The notes under the pieces are model-generated. The model made no database searches, had not been told where the DNA came from, and saw only the letters and a program-made list of their open reading frames with translations. The position numbers and the translations under genes were made by a program. 64,000 nucleotides of DNA from an uncultured Nitrospiraceae bacterium (lineage in GTDB: Bacteria; Nitrospirota; Thermodesulfovibrionia; Thermodesulfovibrionales; UBA6898): the NCBI GenBank assembly GCA_963811165.1, contig CAWEQH010000004.1:480001-544000 (forward strand), read 5' to 3'. This document shows positions 30,857 to 41,197 of the stretch, piece by piece. Positions within the stretch are counted from its first letter, which is position 1, and each line of letters begins with the position of its first letter.

Positions 30857-31942
30857 ATGTGTGATTCGCTGAATGAAAGACAGGCGCACGGGGTGAAGAC
30901 AATACCGGTCACGCAGGCGGTGGGTACTGTCCTGGCCCACGATATCACCGAGATAAGACCAAACGAGTTTAAGGGCCCGGCGTTTAAGAAGGGACATGTC
31001 GTGAGGGCCGAAGACGTCTGTCATCTCCAGCGGCTCGGCAAGGAACATCTCTACGTTCTTAACATCAAAGAAGACGAGATGCATGAAGACGATGCGGCCT
31101 ATGCCCTCGCCCGGGCGCTCATGGGTGAAGGGGTTGCGATAAAGGGTGAACCGAAAGAAGGAAAAATCACGATCATTGCCGACAGGGACGGGCTTCTGAA
31201 GATAAACAGGGACGCTCTCCTTTGCTTTAATATGAACGGCGAGGTAATGTGCGCAACGGTCCACGACAACAGCCTCGTTAAGAAGGGCCAGGTCGTGGCA
31301 GGCACGAGGGCGATCCCCCTCGTTGTGAAGAAAGATGCAGTAAATGCAGCGGTCGAAGCGGCCTGTCAAGGCGAGAAGGTAATCCGGGTGAAGGAACTCA
31401 GGCGGCCCAGGGCCGGGGTCGTCATTACAGGAAACGAGGTCTACTACGGAAAGATAAACGACGCATTTGCGCCGATCATTAAGAAAAAGATAGAGTCGTT
31501 CGGAGGTACGGTAGCCGGTCTCTACTATGCCCCCGACGAGGTGGCGTTTATCGAAAAAAGACTTGCAGAGCTGATCGATGCCGGGGCCGACCTGCTGATC
31601 ACGACGGGTGGTATGTCTGTCGATCCCGATGACGTTACGAGATTTGCGATAAAAAATCTCGGCGCATCAGAAATCACTTACGGCTCTGCGGTGCTTCCCG
31701 GCGCGATGTTTCTGATAGCATATCTTACCCCCCAAGACGAGGGGAGGGCAGGAGGGGTCATCCCTGTCCTGGGCATCCCCGCCTGCGGCATGTATGCAAA
31801 TGCCACGGTCTTCGACCTGGTCATTCCGAGGATACTGGCTGGAGAGAGGATAGGAAGAAGAGAGCTCGCCGAACTGGGCCACGGCGGCCTTTGCATGAAG
31901 TGCGAGATCTGCAGGTATCCGGTCTGTCCGTTCGGGAAATAG
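30857..31942 (+). CDS. Molybdopterin-binding (MoeA/MogA-like) protein with C-terminal Cys cluster
   Basis: AVG.VLAHDITEI, VITGNEV, TGGMSVDPDD.T and YGSAVLPGAM motifs. Ends GGLCMKCEICRYPVCPFGK. Confidence 0.85.
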   Translation: MCDSLNERQAHGVKTIPVTQAVGTVLAHDITEIRPNEFKGPAFKKGHVVRAEDVCHLQRLGKEHLYVLNIKEDEMHEDDAAYALARALMGEGVAIKGEPKEGKITIIADRDGLLKINRDALLCFNMNGEVMCATVHDNSLVKKGQVVAGTRAIPLVVKKDAVNAAVEAACQGEKVIRVKELRRPRAGVVITGNEVYYGKINDAFAPIIKKKIESFGGTVAGLYYAPDEVAFIEKRLAELIDAGADLLITTGGMSVDPDDVTRFAIKNLGASEITYGSAVLPGAMFLIAYLTPQDEGRAGGVIPVLGIPACGMYANATVFDLVIPRILAGERIGRRELAELGHGGLCMKCEICRYPVCPFGK

Positions 31943-32443
31943 CTACCGGTAGTTGATAAATTCGATATGAATACCGAGGTCTTTTTCTTTCAGTAATTTC
32001 ATGACGAGCTGAAGGTCGTCGATCTTTTTTGCTTTTACCCTCACCTGGTCTTTCTGTATCTCCGACTGCACCTTCATCTTTGTGTCCTTGATGATCTTGA
32101 CGATCTCCTTCGCCTTTTCGACCGGGATGCCCTGCTGGAGCGTGACGATCTGCCTGACCGTGTTATTTGCGGCCTGTTCGATCTTTCCATAATTGAGGGC
32201 CTTAAGCGATACGCCCCTCTTGACGAGCTTTGTCTGAAGGATGTCTATGACCGTCTTAAGCTTTAGCTCATCGTCGGAGATAAGGGTCAACTCATGTTTG
32301 TCTTTATTCAGTTCGATACTGCTCTTGCTTCCTTTGAAATCGAATCTCTGGCTGATCTCCTTTGTCGCCTGCTGCACCGCGTTAAGCACTTCCTGCAGGT
32401 CGACCTTGCTTACCACGTCAAAAGAATGTTCGTCCGCCGCCAT
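31943..32443 (-). CDS. yajQ: YajQ family nucleotide/c-di-GMP-binding protein
   Basis: SFDVVSKVD.QEV.NAV.Q..KEI..RFDFKGS, K.DDLQ and F.NYR motifs. Confidence 0.95.
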   Translation of the reverse strand: MAADEHSFDVVSKVDLQEVLNAVQQATKEISQRFDFKGSKSSIELNKDKHELTLISDDELKLKTVIDILQTKLVKRGVSLKALNYGKIEQAANNTVRQIVTLQQGIPVEKAKEIVKIIKDTKMKVQSEIQKDQVRVKAKKIDDLQLVMKLLKEKDLGIHIEFINYR

Positions 32444-32460
32444 ATAAACCTCCGTTCTTC

Positions 32461-32592
32461 TTATTGTCTTTCGGGATTTGGCTTGCAGACAGGACAGAAT
32501 AGTTCACCCGGATCGAGCGGGCATACATGCCCGCATCCCTCGCAGCAGGTACATTCTTCCGGCTGCTGTCCGCAGACCCCGCATTTGTTCAT
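32461..32592 (-). CDS. 43-aa Cys-rich metal-binding microprotein (leaderless)
   Basis: MNKCGVCGQQPEECTCCEGCGHVCPLDPGELFCPVCKPNPERQ has 9 Cys and 1 His. A promoter ends 6 nt before the ATG. Confidence 0.7.
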   Translation of the reverse strand: MNKCGVCGQQPEECTCCEGCGHVCPLDPGELFCPVCKPNPERQ

Positions 32593-32598
32593 CGATGC

Positions 32599-32627
32599 AT
32601 TATAACTATTTGGATCAAGTTCATCAA
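32599..32627 (-). promoter_or_regulatory. sigma70 promoter for the Cys-rich microprotein/yajQ
   Basis: TTGATG-N17-TATAAT on the minus strand. Confidence 0.7.
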
Positions 32628-32865
32628 TATGCGGGCGGAACGTAACGACTAAAAAACGCCCCGTCGAACAGATGCAAACAGAGGCAGGAGGGGATGGCAT
32701 TCCCACTCATCATTCCCGCTCTCATCCGAGGCACCGCCGCATTTTGCCTGCCGGGTGAAGTAATACGCGCCGCTGAAGCCGTTCGAATGCGTCCCCACGC
32801 AAAACTAGTCGGCTAATTCACATTGGTCTTGTTATGGGCCGCTATGGTAAAATTTCAGCGATCTT

Positions 32866-33258
32866 ATGAGCCCGATCGGTGACATTATTCTTACGTTACA
32901 CAATTATTCCCTTGACGTAGCGGCCGCATTCTTGGTTACGGCCCTGGCGGTCGTCCGGACACTCCTGAAAACAAACCCTCCCCCGGGCGATGCGGAACTC
33001 GAAGTGGCATTTGTCCGCGTCTGTATGGGTGCGGGGCGAATCATAAGGTATTCCATTTTCTGGATACTTGCGGCGGGCGTACCAGCGGCGATATTTTTCA
33101 AGGGACGCGGCTTGCCGGCCCAGGGGGACCTTTGGGGCGCGGGTGCGGCTGTCCGGTATGCCGGAATGCTCGTTCTTTCGGTTATCGCTTTTTTCTCATG
33201 GTCAAGGCTTTCAAAAAAAATCGGCCGTCTCAAATCAAAACATACTCTCAACGACTGA
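32866..33258 (+). CDS. Hypothetical membrane protein
   Basis: 130 aa with three hydrophobic segments. TGgTAAAAT upstream. Confidence 0.6.
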   Translation: MSPIGDIILTLHNYSLDVAAAFLVTALAVVRTLLKTNPPPGDAELEVAFVRVCMGAGRIIRYSIFWILAAGVPAAIFFKGRGLPAQGDLWGAGAAVRYAGMLVLSVIAFFSWSRLSKKIGRLKSKHTLND

Positions 33259-33262
33259 AAAT

Positions 33263-33313
33263 GTAGTGGGTTCCGGCCCACTACCAAATGGGCAGTGGGT
33301 CTTGACCCGCCTA
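33263..33313 (+). repeat. REP-like hairpin doublet
   Basis: GTAGTGGG-TTCCGG-CCCACTAC followed by degenerate GCAGTGGGTCTTGACCCGCC. Confidence 0.45.
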
Positions 33314-33427
33314 TCAAATTCCAGGTCCCACAGCCTGCCGGGCCCTTGTTTTACTGCATGTGCAGGCCGCAGTTTATACGCCCGGGGGCTACAGATTTTT
33401 TAAAACCCGCTATGGTAAAATGCTTAG

Positions 33428-33856
33428 GTGATAGAAGAAATAGGCATCGTCAAGAGTATTGAAGGAATGACTGCGGTAGTTTCGGTGCCGAAGAAAAGCG
33501 CCTGCGAAGGGTGCACGATGGGGACCTGCACAACCCAGGAAAAGAGCATGGAGATAGAGGCATGGAACGAGGCCGGCGCAAAGGTGGGCCAGAAGGTAAG
33601 GGTGGCGATAAAGTCCTACGCGTACATGAAAGGGGCGATGATAGTTTACGGGCTGCCGGCAGTCGGCCTGGTAGCGGGAGCCGTTTTCGGCAAGGACCTT
33701 ATGAGCAGGGTATTTCCCACCGCCGATCCGGACGCGCTGTCGGCCGTCTTTGGGTTCGCTGCGTGTATCCTGTCCTTTGTAATCGTAAAGATATGGGCCA
33801 ATAAGGCGGGCAAGAAGACGGAGTCCAGGCCCGTCGTCGAAGAGATATTGAATTAA
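33428..33856 (+). CDS. rseC: SoxR reducing system RseC/MucC family protein
   Basis: MIEE.G.V, SACEGC....C, A.N..GA.VG..V and YGLP motifs plus two TMs. Confidence 0.85.
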   Translation: MIEEIGIVKSIEGMTAVVSVPKKSACEGCTMGTCTTQEKSMEIEAWNEAGAKVGQKVRVAIKSYAYMKGAMIVYGLPAVGLVAGAVFGKDLMSRVFPTADPDALSAVFGFAACILSFVIVKIWANKAGKKTESRPVVEEILN

Positions 33857-33907
33857 AGGGGCGGTTCCTAGAGCGGTCCTGAAAATATTTTGATATAGGG
33901 GGACTTC

Positions 33908-36004
33908 ATGGCAAACTTTGAGGTAGGCAAGATCAGAAACGTTGCGGTAATCGCGCATGGCGGGGCGGGAAAGACTTCCCTTATCGAGGCGATGCTCTTT
34001 GATTGCGGGATGACCGACAGGCTCGGAAACGTGCAGGACGGCACCACGGTCACGGATTACGAGCCGGAGGAGATCGACCGCAAGATCACCATTACCTCAT
34101 CGTTGGCATTTTGCAACTGGGACAAGCACAGGATCAACCTCATGGACACCCCGGGCTTCATAAATTTTATCGAAGACACTCGCGGCTGCCTGAGGGTCGC
34201 CGACGGCGCCGTGATTATTGTGAGCGCGCTGTCGGGGGTGAAGGCCGAGACCGAGAAGGTCTGGAAATATGCCTGCGAATTCGAGATCCCGAGGATCGTG
34301 TTCATCAACAAGATGGACAAGGAGACCGCGAATTTCGAGAGGGCGCTGAGCGAACTCGAAAAATCCTTCGATACGGAAGGGGTGCCCCTTAATATCCCGA
34401 TAGGGATAGGCGAGGGCTTCTCGGGCGTCATCGATGTCGTCAAGATGAAGGCGTATCGCTTTAGCGGGGGCAAGGCCGAAGAGTCCGACATACCCGCCGA
34501 GATGCAGTCCGAGGCGGACAAGTACAGAAAAAAGCTCATCGAAAAGATAGCGGAGTCCGATGACAAGCTCCTCGAAAAATATCTCGAAGGCGGCGAACTG
34601 ACGAACGACGAGATCGTAAACGGGATAAAGGAAGGGTCGCTGACGAGGAAGTTCATTCCGGTCACCTGCGGGTCGGCCCTGAAGAATATAGGTATCCAAA
34701 GCCTTATCGAATCGGTCGTCCTCTGTCTTCCGTCTCCTGTGGAGATGGCGGGCATATCGCCTGTCAAAGGGAGGAGCCCCAAGGACGGGAGCGAAATCGT
34801 GAGGAAGCCGGCCGACAACGAGCCCCTCGCCGCCTACGTGTTTAAGACCATCGCCGACCCTTACGCCGGCAAGCTTTCGCTCTTTAGAGTTTACTCAGGG
34901 ACGCTCAAGGCGGACTCGAACGCCTTTAACTCGACCGCCGATGCCAAGGAACGCGTGGGACAGATCTTCCACCTTCTGGGCAAGAAGCAGGTGCCGGTCC
35001 AGGCGCTCGGCGCGGGTGAGATCGGCGTGGTCCCGAAACTGAAAGGGACGAATACGGGAGACACGTTTTCCGATGAGGCGAAACCGATTATCTTCGACAA
35101 GGTCAAGTTTGCCGACCCGATCATATCTTACGCGATTGCTCCCAGGAGCAAGGGCGATGAGGAGAAGGTGAGCATCAGCCTCCACAGGGTGCTTGAAGAA
35201 GACCCGACGCTCAGATTTTCGAGGGACGAGGAGACAAAGGAGATGCTGATCTCCGGAATGGGGCAGGTGCATATCGAGGTCGCACTCGAACGCCTGAAAA
35301 GGAGGTTCGGCGTCGAGGTCGAGATGAAGACGCCCAAGATACCGTATCGTGAGACCATAAAGGTCTCTACGAGCGTACAGGGGAGATATAAGAAGCAGTC
35401 CGGCGGAAAGGGGCAGTACGGCGACTGTCATATTAGGGTAGAGCCGCTGCCGAGGGGTACCGGCTTCGAGTTCGTAGACAAGATCGTCGGAGGGGCAATA
35501 CCCAGGCAATACATTCCCGCCGTCGAAAAGGGCATTGTCGAGGCGATGCACGAAGGCGTGGTGGCCGGGTTCCCTATCGTAGACCTGCGGGTCACCCTTT
35601 TTGACGGGTCATATCATACCGTAGACTCTTCGGAGATGGCCTTTAAGATAGCCGGCTCCATGGCGATAAAGAAGGCAGTGACGGAGGCAAAACCCGTTTT
35701 GCTTGAACCGATCATGAAGGTCGAGGTCACTACCCCCGACGATACCCTCGGTGCGGTAATAGGGGACCTGAACTCAAGGAGGGGGAAGGTCCAGGGGGTC
35801 GAGCCGCAGGCCGGCGGAAACCAGAAGATATTGGCGCAGGTGGCGATGTCTGAGATGCTCACCTACGCAAACCAGCTCCATAGTCTTACGTCCGGCAGGG
35901 GACTTTATTCCATGGAGTTTTCCCATTACGAGGAGGTGCCGGCCCACCTGTCACAAAAAATCGTAGCGGAGCGCCAGGCACAAAAAGAAGAGAAGAACGG
36001 GTAG
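33908..36004 (+). CDS. fusA: Elongation factor G paralog (EF-G2 type)
   Basis: [29 protein letters not shown] and DSSEMAFK motifs. Divergent G1/G2 (RKITI) and located outside the str operon. Confidence 0.92.
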   Translation: MANFEVGKIRNVAVIAHGGAGKTSLIEAMLFDCGMTDRLGNVQDGTTVTDYEPEEIDRKITITSSLAFCNWDKHRINLMDTPGFINFIEDTRGCLRVADGAVIIVSALSGVKAETEKVWKYACEFEIPRIVFINKMDKETANFERALSELEKSFDTEGVPLNIPIGIGEGFSGVIDVVKMKAYRFSGGKAEESDIPAEMQSEADKYRKKLIEKIAESDDKLLEKYLEGGELTNDEIVNGIKEGSLTRKFIPVTCGSALKNIGIQSLIESVVLCLPSPVEMAGISPVKGRSPKDGSEIVRKPADNEPLAAYVFKTIADPYAGKLSLFRVYSGTLKADSNAFNSTADAKERVGQIFHLLGKKQVPVQALGAGEIGVVPKLKGTNTGDTFSDEAKPIIFDKVKFADPIISYAIAPRSKGDEEKVSISLHRVLEEDPTLRFSRDEETKEMLISGMGQVHIEVALERLKRRFGVEVEMKTPKIPYRETIKVSTSVQGRYKKQSGGKGQYGDCHIRVEPLPRGTGFEFVDKIVGGAIPRQYIPAVEKGIVEAMHEGVVAGFPIVDLRVTLFDGSYHTVDSSEMAFKIAGSMAIKKAVTEAKPVLLEPIMKVEVTTPDDTLGAVIGDLNSRRGKVQGVEPQAGGNQKILAQVAMSEMLTYANQLHSLTSGRGLYSMEFSHYEEVPAHLSQKIVAERQAQKEEKNG

Positions 36005-36005
36005 C

Positions 36006-37070
36006 ATGAAGGCTTTGATTCTGAGCGGCGGCAAAGGGACACGCCTGAGGCCGCTGACTTATTCGGGCGCAAAACAGCTCGTTCCGGTTGCGAACAGGCC
36101 TATCCTTTTTTATTGCATCGATAACATCGTACATGCGGGCATCAGAGACATCGGCATTATCATATCGCCGGAGACTGGTGAAGAGATTAGGGATGCGGTG
36201 GGCAACGGCAAGAGGTGGGGTGCCAAGATCACCTATATCCTCCAGGACTCTCCTTCGGGCCTTGCCCATGCGGTAAAAACAGCAGACAAATTCCTTAAAA
36301 AGTCCCCGTTCGTTATGTACCTTGGGGACAATCTCATCGGCAGGGACATAAAGAAATTCGTGGAGGATTTCACAAAGAAGAAATCCGACGCGCTCATCCT
36401 GCTTAAGGAGGTCGAAAACCCCAGGCAATTCGGTGTCGCCGAAGTGACGAAGGACGGCCATATCGTGAGGCTGATCGAAAAGCCGGATGACCCGCCCTCG
36501 AACCTGGCCCTTGTCGGTGTCTATATTTTTTCGCCGGGTATACACCGCGCGATAGCAAGGATCAGCCCGTCGAAGCGGGGGGAGCTCGAGATCACCGATG
36601 CGATACAGGAACTGATTTTAATGGGGAAAAAGGTGAGGAGTTTTGTGCTTGACGACTGGTGGCTCGATACCGGCAAAAAGGACGACCTCCTTACGGCAAA
36701 CGCCATTGTGCTCGACGAATGGGGGAAGAAGGAGATCGCCGGCACAGTCGATAAGGCGAGCCATATCCTGGGCAGGGTCAAACTGGACAAGACATCACTG
36801 ATAAAAGGCAGCACGATACGCGGGCCGGTCGTCATAGGCCAGCACACGGTCATCGAAAATTCCTTCATAGGGCCCCACACGAGCATCGGCGACAACGTCA
36901 GGATAATTAATTCCTCGATAGAGCATTCGGTCATTATGGACGGAAGCGAGGTGGTACACATAGAGAGGCTGGAGGAGAGTCTTATAGGCCGAAGGGTCAG
37001 GATAATCAAGAACAGCAGACACAGGGCGCTTAGGCTTATGCTTGGAGATGACTCCACCATGGAGGTATAG
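36006..37070 (+). CDS. rfbA: Glucose-1-phosphate thymidylyltransferase (long form)
   Basis: [13 protein letters not shown]...[23 protein letters not shown] and W.DTG motifs. Confidence 0.95.
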   Translation: MKALILSGGKGTRLRPLTYSGAKQLVPVANRPILFYCIDNIVHAGIRDIGIIISPETGEEIRDAVGNGKRWGAKITYILQDSPSGLAHAVKTADKFLKKSPFVMYLGDNLIGRDIKKFVEDFTKKKSDALILLKEVENPRQFGVAEVTKDGHIVRLIEKPDDPPSNLALVGVYIFSPGIHRAIARISPSKRGELEITDAIQELILMGKKVRSFVLDDWWLDTGKKDDLLTANAIVLDEWGKKEIAGTVDKASHILGRVKLDKTSLIKGSTIRGPVVIGQHTVIENSFIGPHTSIGDNVRIINSSIEHSVIMDGSEVVHIERLEESLIGRRVRIIKNSRHRALRLMLGDDSTMEV

Positions 37071-37075
37071 AGACA

Positions 37076-37516
37076 GTGGAAGGGGTTGTCATAAAGGAGC
37101 TTAACGTTTTTACCGACGACAGGGGATGGCTTTCCGAACTCTTCAGATATGATGAAACAGACTTCAGGCCGGTGATGTCTTACGTTTCGATGACGAAGGC
37201 GGGCATTGCGCGCGGGCCTCATGAACATATGGAGCAGTCTGATTTCTTCTGCTTCTTCGGGAACTTCAGGCTTTACCTCTGGGACAACAGAAAAGGGTCG
37301 CCGTCTTATGGAGAGAAGGTTGTGCGCGATACGGAGGGCAGGCCGGTCACCGCTGTCGTGCCTCCAGGGGTGGTCCACGCCTATAAAAACATGGGACCGG
37401 GGGAAGGCATAGTCCTTAATCTGCCCGACAGACTTTTTAAAGGACAGGGGAAGAAAGACCCCGTAGACGAAGTCAGATACGAAAATGACCCTGACTCGCC
37501 TTTCAGGATAGAGTAA
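37076..37516 (+). CDS. rfbC: dTDP-4-dehydrorhamnose 3,5-epimerase
   Basis: DDRG.L.E, RGPHEH, D.R..SP.YG and PPGVVHAY motifs. Confidence 0.92.
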   Translation: MEGVVIKELNVFTDDRGWLSELFRYDETDFRPVMSYVSMTKAGIARGPHEHMEQSDFFCFFGNFRLYLWDNRKGSPSYGEKVVRDTEGRPVTAVVPPGVVHAYKNMGPGEGIVLNLPDRLFKGQGKKDPVDEVRYENDPDSPFRIE

Positions 37517-38544
37517 TGAAGGTCCTTATCACAGGCGGGGCGGGCTTTATCGGTTCCAATTTTATCAGGCATTTTCTTGCCGCACATCCGGGCCACGAGG
37601 TCATCAACCTCGACAAGCTTACCTACGCCGGCAACTTCGAAAATCTTGCCGATATAGGAGACCTGCCGAACTATACGTTCGTCGGGGGAGACATCTGCGA
37701 CCGGCAGTTGCTTGAGGAGCTCTCATTCGATGCGATCATCCATTTTGCTGCGGAAAGCCATGTCGACAGGAGCATCATCGACGCTTCGCCTTTTTTGCAG
37801 ACGAACGTGATGGGGACCCAGAGCCTCCTTGAGGCCGCAAGGAAGAGGGGCTGCAGGATGCTTCATGTCTCTACCGACGAGGTCTACGGGTCCATAGAGG
37901 CTGGTCTTTTTACCGAGGAGTCCCCTTTAATGCCGAACAGTCCTTATGCGGCGAGCAAGGCGTCTTCAGACCTTCTCGCAAGGGCCTCTCACGAGACCTA
38001 CGGCCTCGACGTGGTCATCACCAGATGTTCCAATAATTACGGCCCTTACCAGTTTCCCGAGAAACTGATGCCGCTTGTCATTGCAAACGCGCTGGGGGGC
38101 AAGGCGGTCCCCGTATACGGCGACGGGATGAACGTAAGGGACTGGATATATGTGGCCGACCATTGCCGGGCGGTCGATATCGTTTTCCATAAGGGAAGGG
38201 CCGGCGAGGTATATAATATCGGCGGCAGGAACGAGCAGCGAAACATCGACATCGTCAGAATGCTCCTCGCTATGGTTGCCAGGAAGAGCGGGGCGCCCGA
38301 AGCGCAGCTGCTCAAACTCATCTCCTTCGTCAAAGACAGGCCGGGCCATGACAGGCGATACGCGATAGACCCTTCGAAGATGGAGAGGGAACTGGGCTGG
38401 AGGCCGGAGACGAGTTTCGAAGACGGCATATCGAAGACCGTCGAATGGTATTTGGGCAACAGGATATGGTGGGAACGGATCATCTCAGGCGAATACCGAA
38501 GATACTATGAAATCCAGTACGGCAAGAGGGCCGGCGGACCTTGA
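37516..38544 (+). CDS. rfbB: dTDP-glucose 4,6-dehydratase
   Basis: GGAGFIGS, AAESHVDRS, STDEVYG, PYAASKA and DRPGHDRRY motifs. Confidence 0.97.
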   Translation: MKVLITGGAGFIGSNFIRHFLAAHPGHEVINLDKLTYAGNFENLADIGDLPNYTFVGGDICDRQLLEELSFDAIIHFAAESHVDRSIIDASPFLQTNVMGTQSLLEAARKRGCRMLHVSTDEVYGSIEAGLFTEESPLMPNSPYAASKASSDLLARASHETYGLDVVITRCSNNYGPYQFPEKLMPLVIANALGGKAVPVYGDGMNVRDWIYVADHCRAVDIVFHKGRAGEVYNIGGRNEQRNIDIVRMLLAMVARKSGAPEAQLLKLISFVKDRPGHDRRYAIDPSKMERELGWRPETSFEDGISKTVEWYLGNRIWWERIISGEYRRYYEIQYGKRAGGP

Positions 38545-39365
38545 AGGTCGCTGTTACAGGCTCAGAGGGCATGCTCGGCCATGACATAAAACGGGTCTTT
38601 TCGGACGTCGAGCTTGTCTGTCTGACTTGCGAAACCCTTGATATCACCAGACTCGACACGGTGGCGAAGATGATGAAGGAGATCAAGCCGGACTTCGTGA
38701 TAAACGCCGCCGCCTTTACCGATGTCGACCGTTGCGAGTCCGAACCCGATCTCGCGTATCTCGTCAACGGCATAGGCGCACGGAATATCGCGATGGCCTG
38801 TGAGCAGATCAGTTGCCCGGTCGTCCAGATCAGCACGGATTATGTCTTTGACGGGACGAAGGACGGTCCCTATCACGAATGGGACGACACCGCACCCATA
38901 AACCAATACGGGCTGTCGAAGCTGATGGGTGAGCGGTTTGTCACGTCTCTTACCAATAGGTTTTATGTGGTGAGGACCTCCTGGCTCTATGGGAAAAACG
39001 GGAAGAATTTTGTCGATACCATAGGCAGGCTCCTTTCCGATAGGGAAGGGATAGATGTCGTTGATGACCAGGTAGGATCTCCCACCTTTACGCTCGACCT
39101 GGCGAGGAAACTCAGAGAGATCATCGGAAAAGGGTACGGAACTTATCATATCACCAATTCCGGAAAGTGTTCGTGGTATGAATTTGCGGTCGCGATAGCC
39201 GCGAAAATGGGGATCACAAAAAGGATATCGCCTGTGACTTCCGAGATGTTCAAAAGGCCGGCAAAGAGACCTGCAAATTCGGTCCTCGGGCATACCATGC
39301 TCAGGCTCGAGGGGCTGGATGAGATGAGGGACTGGAAAGCGGCGCTCCACGAATATCTGGGATAG
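38541..39365 (+). CDS. rfbD: dTDP-4-dehydrorhamnose reductase
   Basis: TG..GMLG, AAFTDVD, STDYVFDG, YG.SK..GE and DQ.GSPT motifs. Confidence 0.96.
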   Translation: MKVAVTGSEGMLGHDIKRVFSDVELVCLTCETLDITRLDTVAKMMKEIKPDFVINAAAFTDVDRCESEPDLAYLVNGIGARNIAMACEQISCPVVQISTDYVFDGTKDGPYHEWDDTAPINQYGLSKLMGERFVTSLTNRFYVVRTSWLYGKNGKNFVDTIGRLLSDREGIDVVDDQVGSPTFTLDLARKLREIIGKGYGTYHITNSGKCSWYEFAVAIAAKMGITKRISPVTSEMFKRPAKRPANSVLGHTMLRLEGLDEMRDWKAALHEYLG

Positions 39366-39958
39366 TCCATGTTCAGGTGAGTCGGATTATGACAACGATA
39401 GCCCCGCGACCGCGACATGGTCTTAAGCGAGTGGTCGAAGTTTATAAGGCTCTGGATATTCGGGGGACAAAAGAGCGCGCTTGAAGGCCGTACGGCGGAT
39501 AGTCCCTTATCCGAAAAATAGAGGGGACTTCATCAGCGCGAAGACCCTGTAAGTCGGTAGTTGTACCGCGTCAGCCAGGATTTCGAATACATCTGATACT
39601 ACTCACCTTGGACATTTCGCCGGAGGTGTTGGTTTCCAAAATAATGTGTCAAAAGTGGCTTGCGGTGTACGCCCTGCAGTCTGCATGGACCATGTGACTT
39701 AAGAATCGTTTCTTTCAGCCACAAGTATCGCTTTTTCTCTATAGGCCTGCGGCTCTCGATTACGGAATGAAACACGTAAACCTGAAAATAGTAGCGTCTT
39801 TATTATTTCTCATCGATTTGCCCGGCGATGCCGATAACATGCGCTGAAAAATGATGGGATATGTGACTCTATACGTTTACTCCCCCTTGCATAAATCCGG
39901 CGTTCTGTAATAATGGAGGTGAGATTGACCTTTTCTTTAAAAGGAAAAAGGAGAAAAG

Positions 39959-40351
39959 ATGAAGAGGCATAAATACTTATCTGCTGTGATCTGCATTTCC
40001 TCTTTGATCGTTTCTTTTTTGCCCGGACTCGCAAGGAATGTTCGGGGTGAGGTGAAAGAAATAGACACTACTATCCAGGGATATAAGTTAAAAGCAAAAG
40101 CGAAATTTGACGAGCTGAGCAAAAAGATAAATGAACTCGGAACGAAGGCAGAGAAGGCCGACTCAAAGACAAAGGCCATTGTGAAGACAAAGATGAATGA
40201 ACTGCAGGAAAAACGTGCAGCTTTACAAGTCAGTATGGAGAAACTCGATATGGTGAGCAAGGACCAATGGGAAACTGAAAGGCAGAAAGTAGAGTCTGAA
40301 ATGGACGAACTGGAGAAAGCATATCATAGTGCGCGTTCCCTTTTTAAATGA
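39959..40351 (+). CDS. Secreted coiled-coil protein (sll1863-like stress protein)
   Basis: Hydrophobic N-terminus, K/E-rich helix and D.WE motif similar to 41455-41745. RBS AGGAG. Confidence 0.65.
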   Translation: MKRHKYLSAVICISSLIVSFLPGLARNVRGEVKEIDTTIQGYKLKAKAKFDELSKKINELGTKAEKADSKTKAIVKTKMNELQEKRAALQVSMEKLDMVSKDQWETERQKVESEMDELEKAYHSARSLFK

Positions 40352-40402
40352 TTAGATTCAAGAGGAATTGGCGGAGAAAAGCATAGGGGGGATTAAAGAA
40401 TA

Positions 40403-40603
40403 ATGTTTGGATTAGGATTGTATGAGCTAGCGAATACAGTCTTTTTAGTCTTAATCGTTTTTTTAGGTCCGCTAATGATTAATTACAGACTTGTAAAATC
40501 ACGCGGGAGAAAGAGTGAGATGTGTCTGTGGATGTTTATAAGCCTATTGTTTTCGTGGATAGCAACGTTTGTGTTACTTATTATGAAACGGAAAGATGCT
40601 TGA
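40403..40603 (+). CDS. Small membrane protein
   Basis: MFGLG..EL N-terminus, two TMs, RBS GGGGGA, low GC. Confidence 0.6.
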   Translation: MFGLGLYELANTVFLVLIVFLGPLMINYRLVKSRGRKSEMCLWMFISLLFSWIATFVLLIMKRKDA

Positions 40604-40758
40604 AACGAATCCGAAGAAAGAGGGGGAAAACATTATCTTTGTAATCAAATGAGGAGATTATCATGGCAGAATTCAAGAATAAAGAAGAATACGAAAAATG
40701 GAAAGAAGAAAAAGCCAAACAAATCGCTCTGCAACACAATAAAAGGAGGTGGGGGAAA

Positions 40759-41121
40759 ATGAGACGATTTTGGGTGTACGTTGCATTGTTCTGTTTTATA
40801 TTTGCGGTTTCACTTCTGGCGTGCGAAAAGCCAAAGGAACAGGCCGGTACCGCAGAACAGGCGAAACAAGGTGAAGCGAAATCCGGCGAGGCGCTCTTTA
40901 AACAGCATTGCGCTGTTTGTCACCCCGACGGCGGCAATATCGCCAATCCTCAAAAGAGCCTTCACAAGAAGGACCGCGAGGCAAACGGCGTGAATACCGC
41001 GGCGGACATAATCGCCAAGATGAGAAACCCTGGGCCAGGAATGACAACATTCGATGAGAAAATGCTGCCCGACAAGGATGCGCAGGCTATCGCGGAATAT
41101 GAGTTGAAGACGTTTAACTAA
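40759..41121 (+). CDS. Monoheme c6-like lipoprotein cytochrome c (OmcF-like)
   Basis: RBS AGGAGG and lipobox LLAC. GEALF..HCAVCHP.GGN...P.K.L....REANG and RNPGPGM..F. Confidence 0.9.
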   Translation: MRRFWVYVALFCFIFAVSLLACEKPKEQAGTAEQAKQGEAKSGEALFKQHCAVCHPDGGNIANPQKSLHKKDREANGVNTAADIIAKMRNPGPGMTTFDEKMLPDKDAQAIAEYELKTFN

Positions 41122-41197
41122 AGTCTGTTCATAGCCGTCTGAGGATAAAGCGTGAAGACTGAAGTACGAGCTGACTGTCGGGAAATCATGGAGGAAG

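Noticed and set aside
39366..39958. Possible ncRNA or tRNA in the 600-bp gap after rmlD
   Set aside because: No tRNA cloverleaf or known RNA motif recognised, and the short ORFs lack support.
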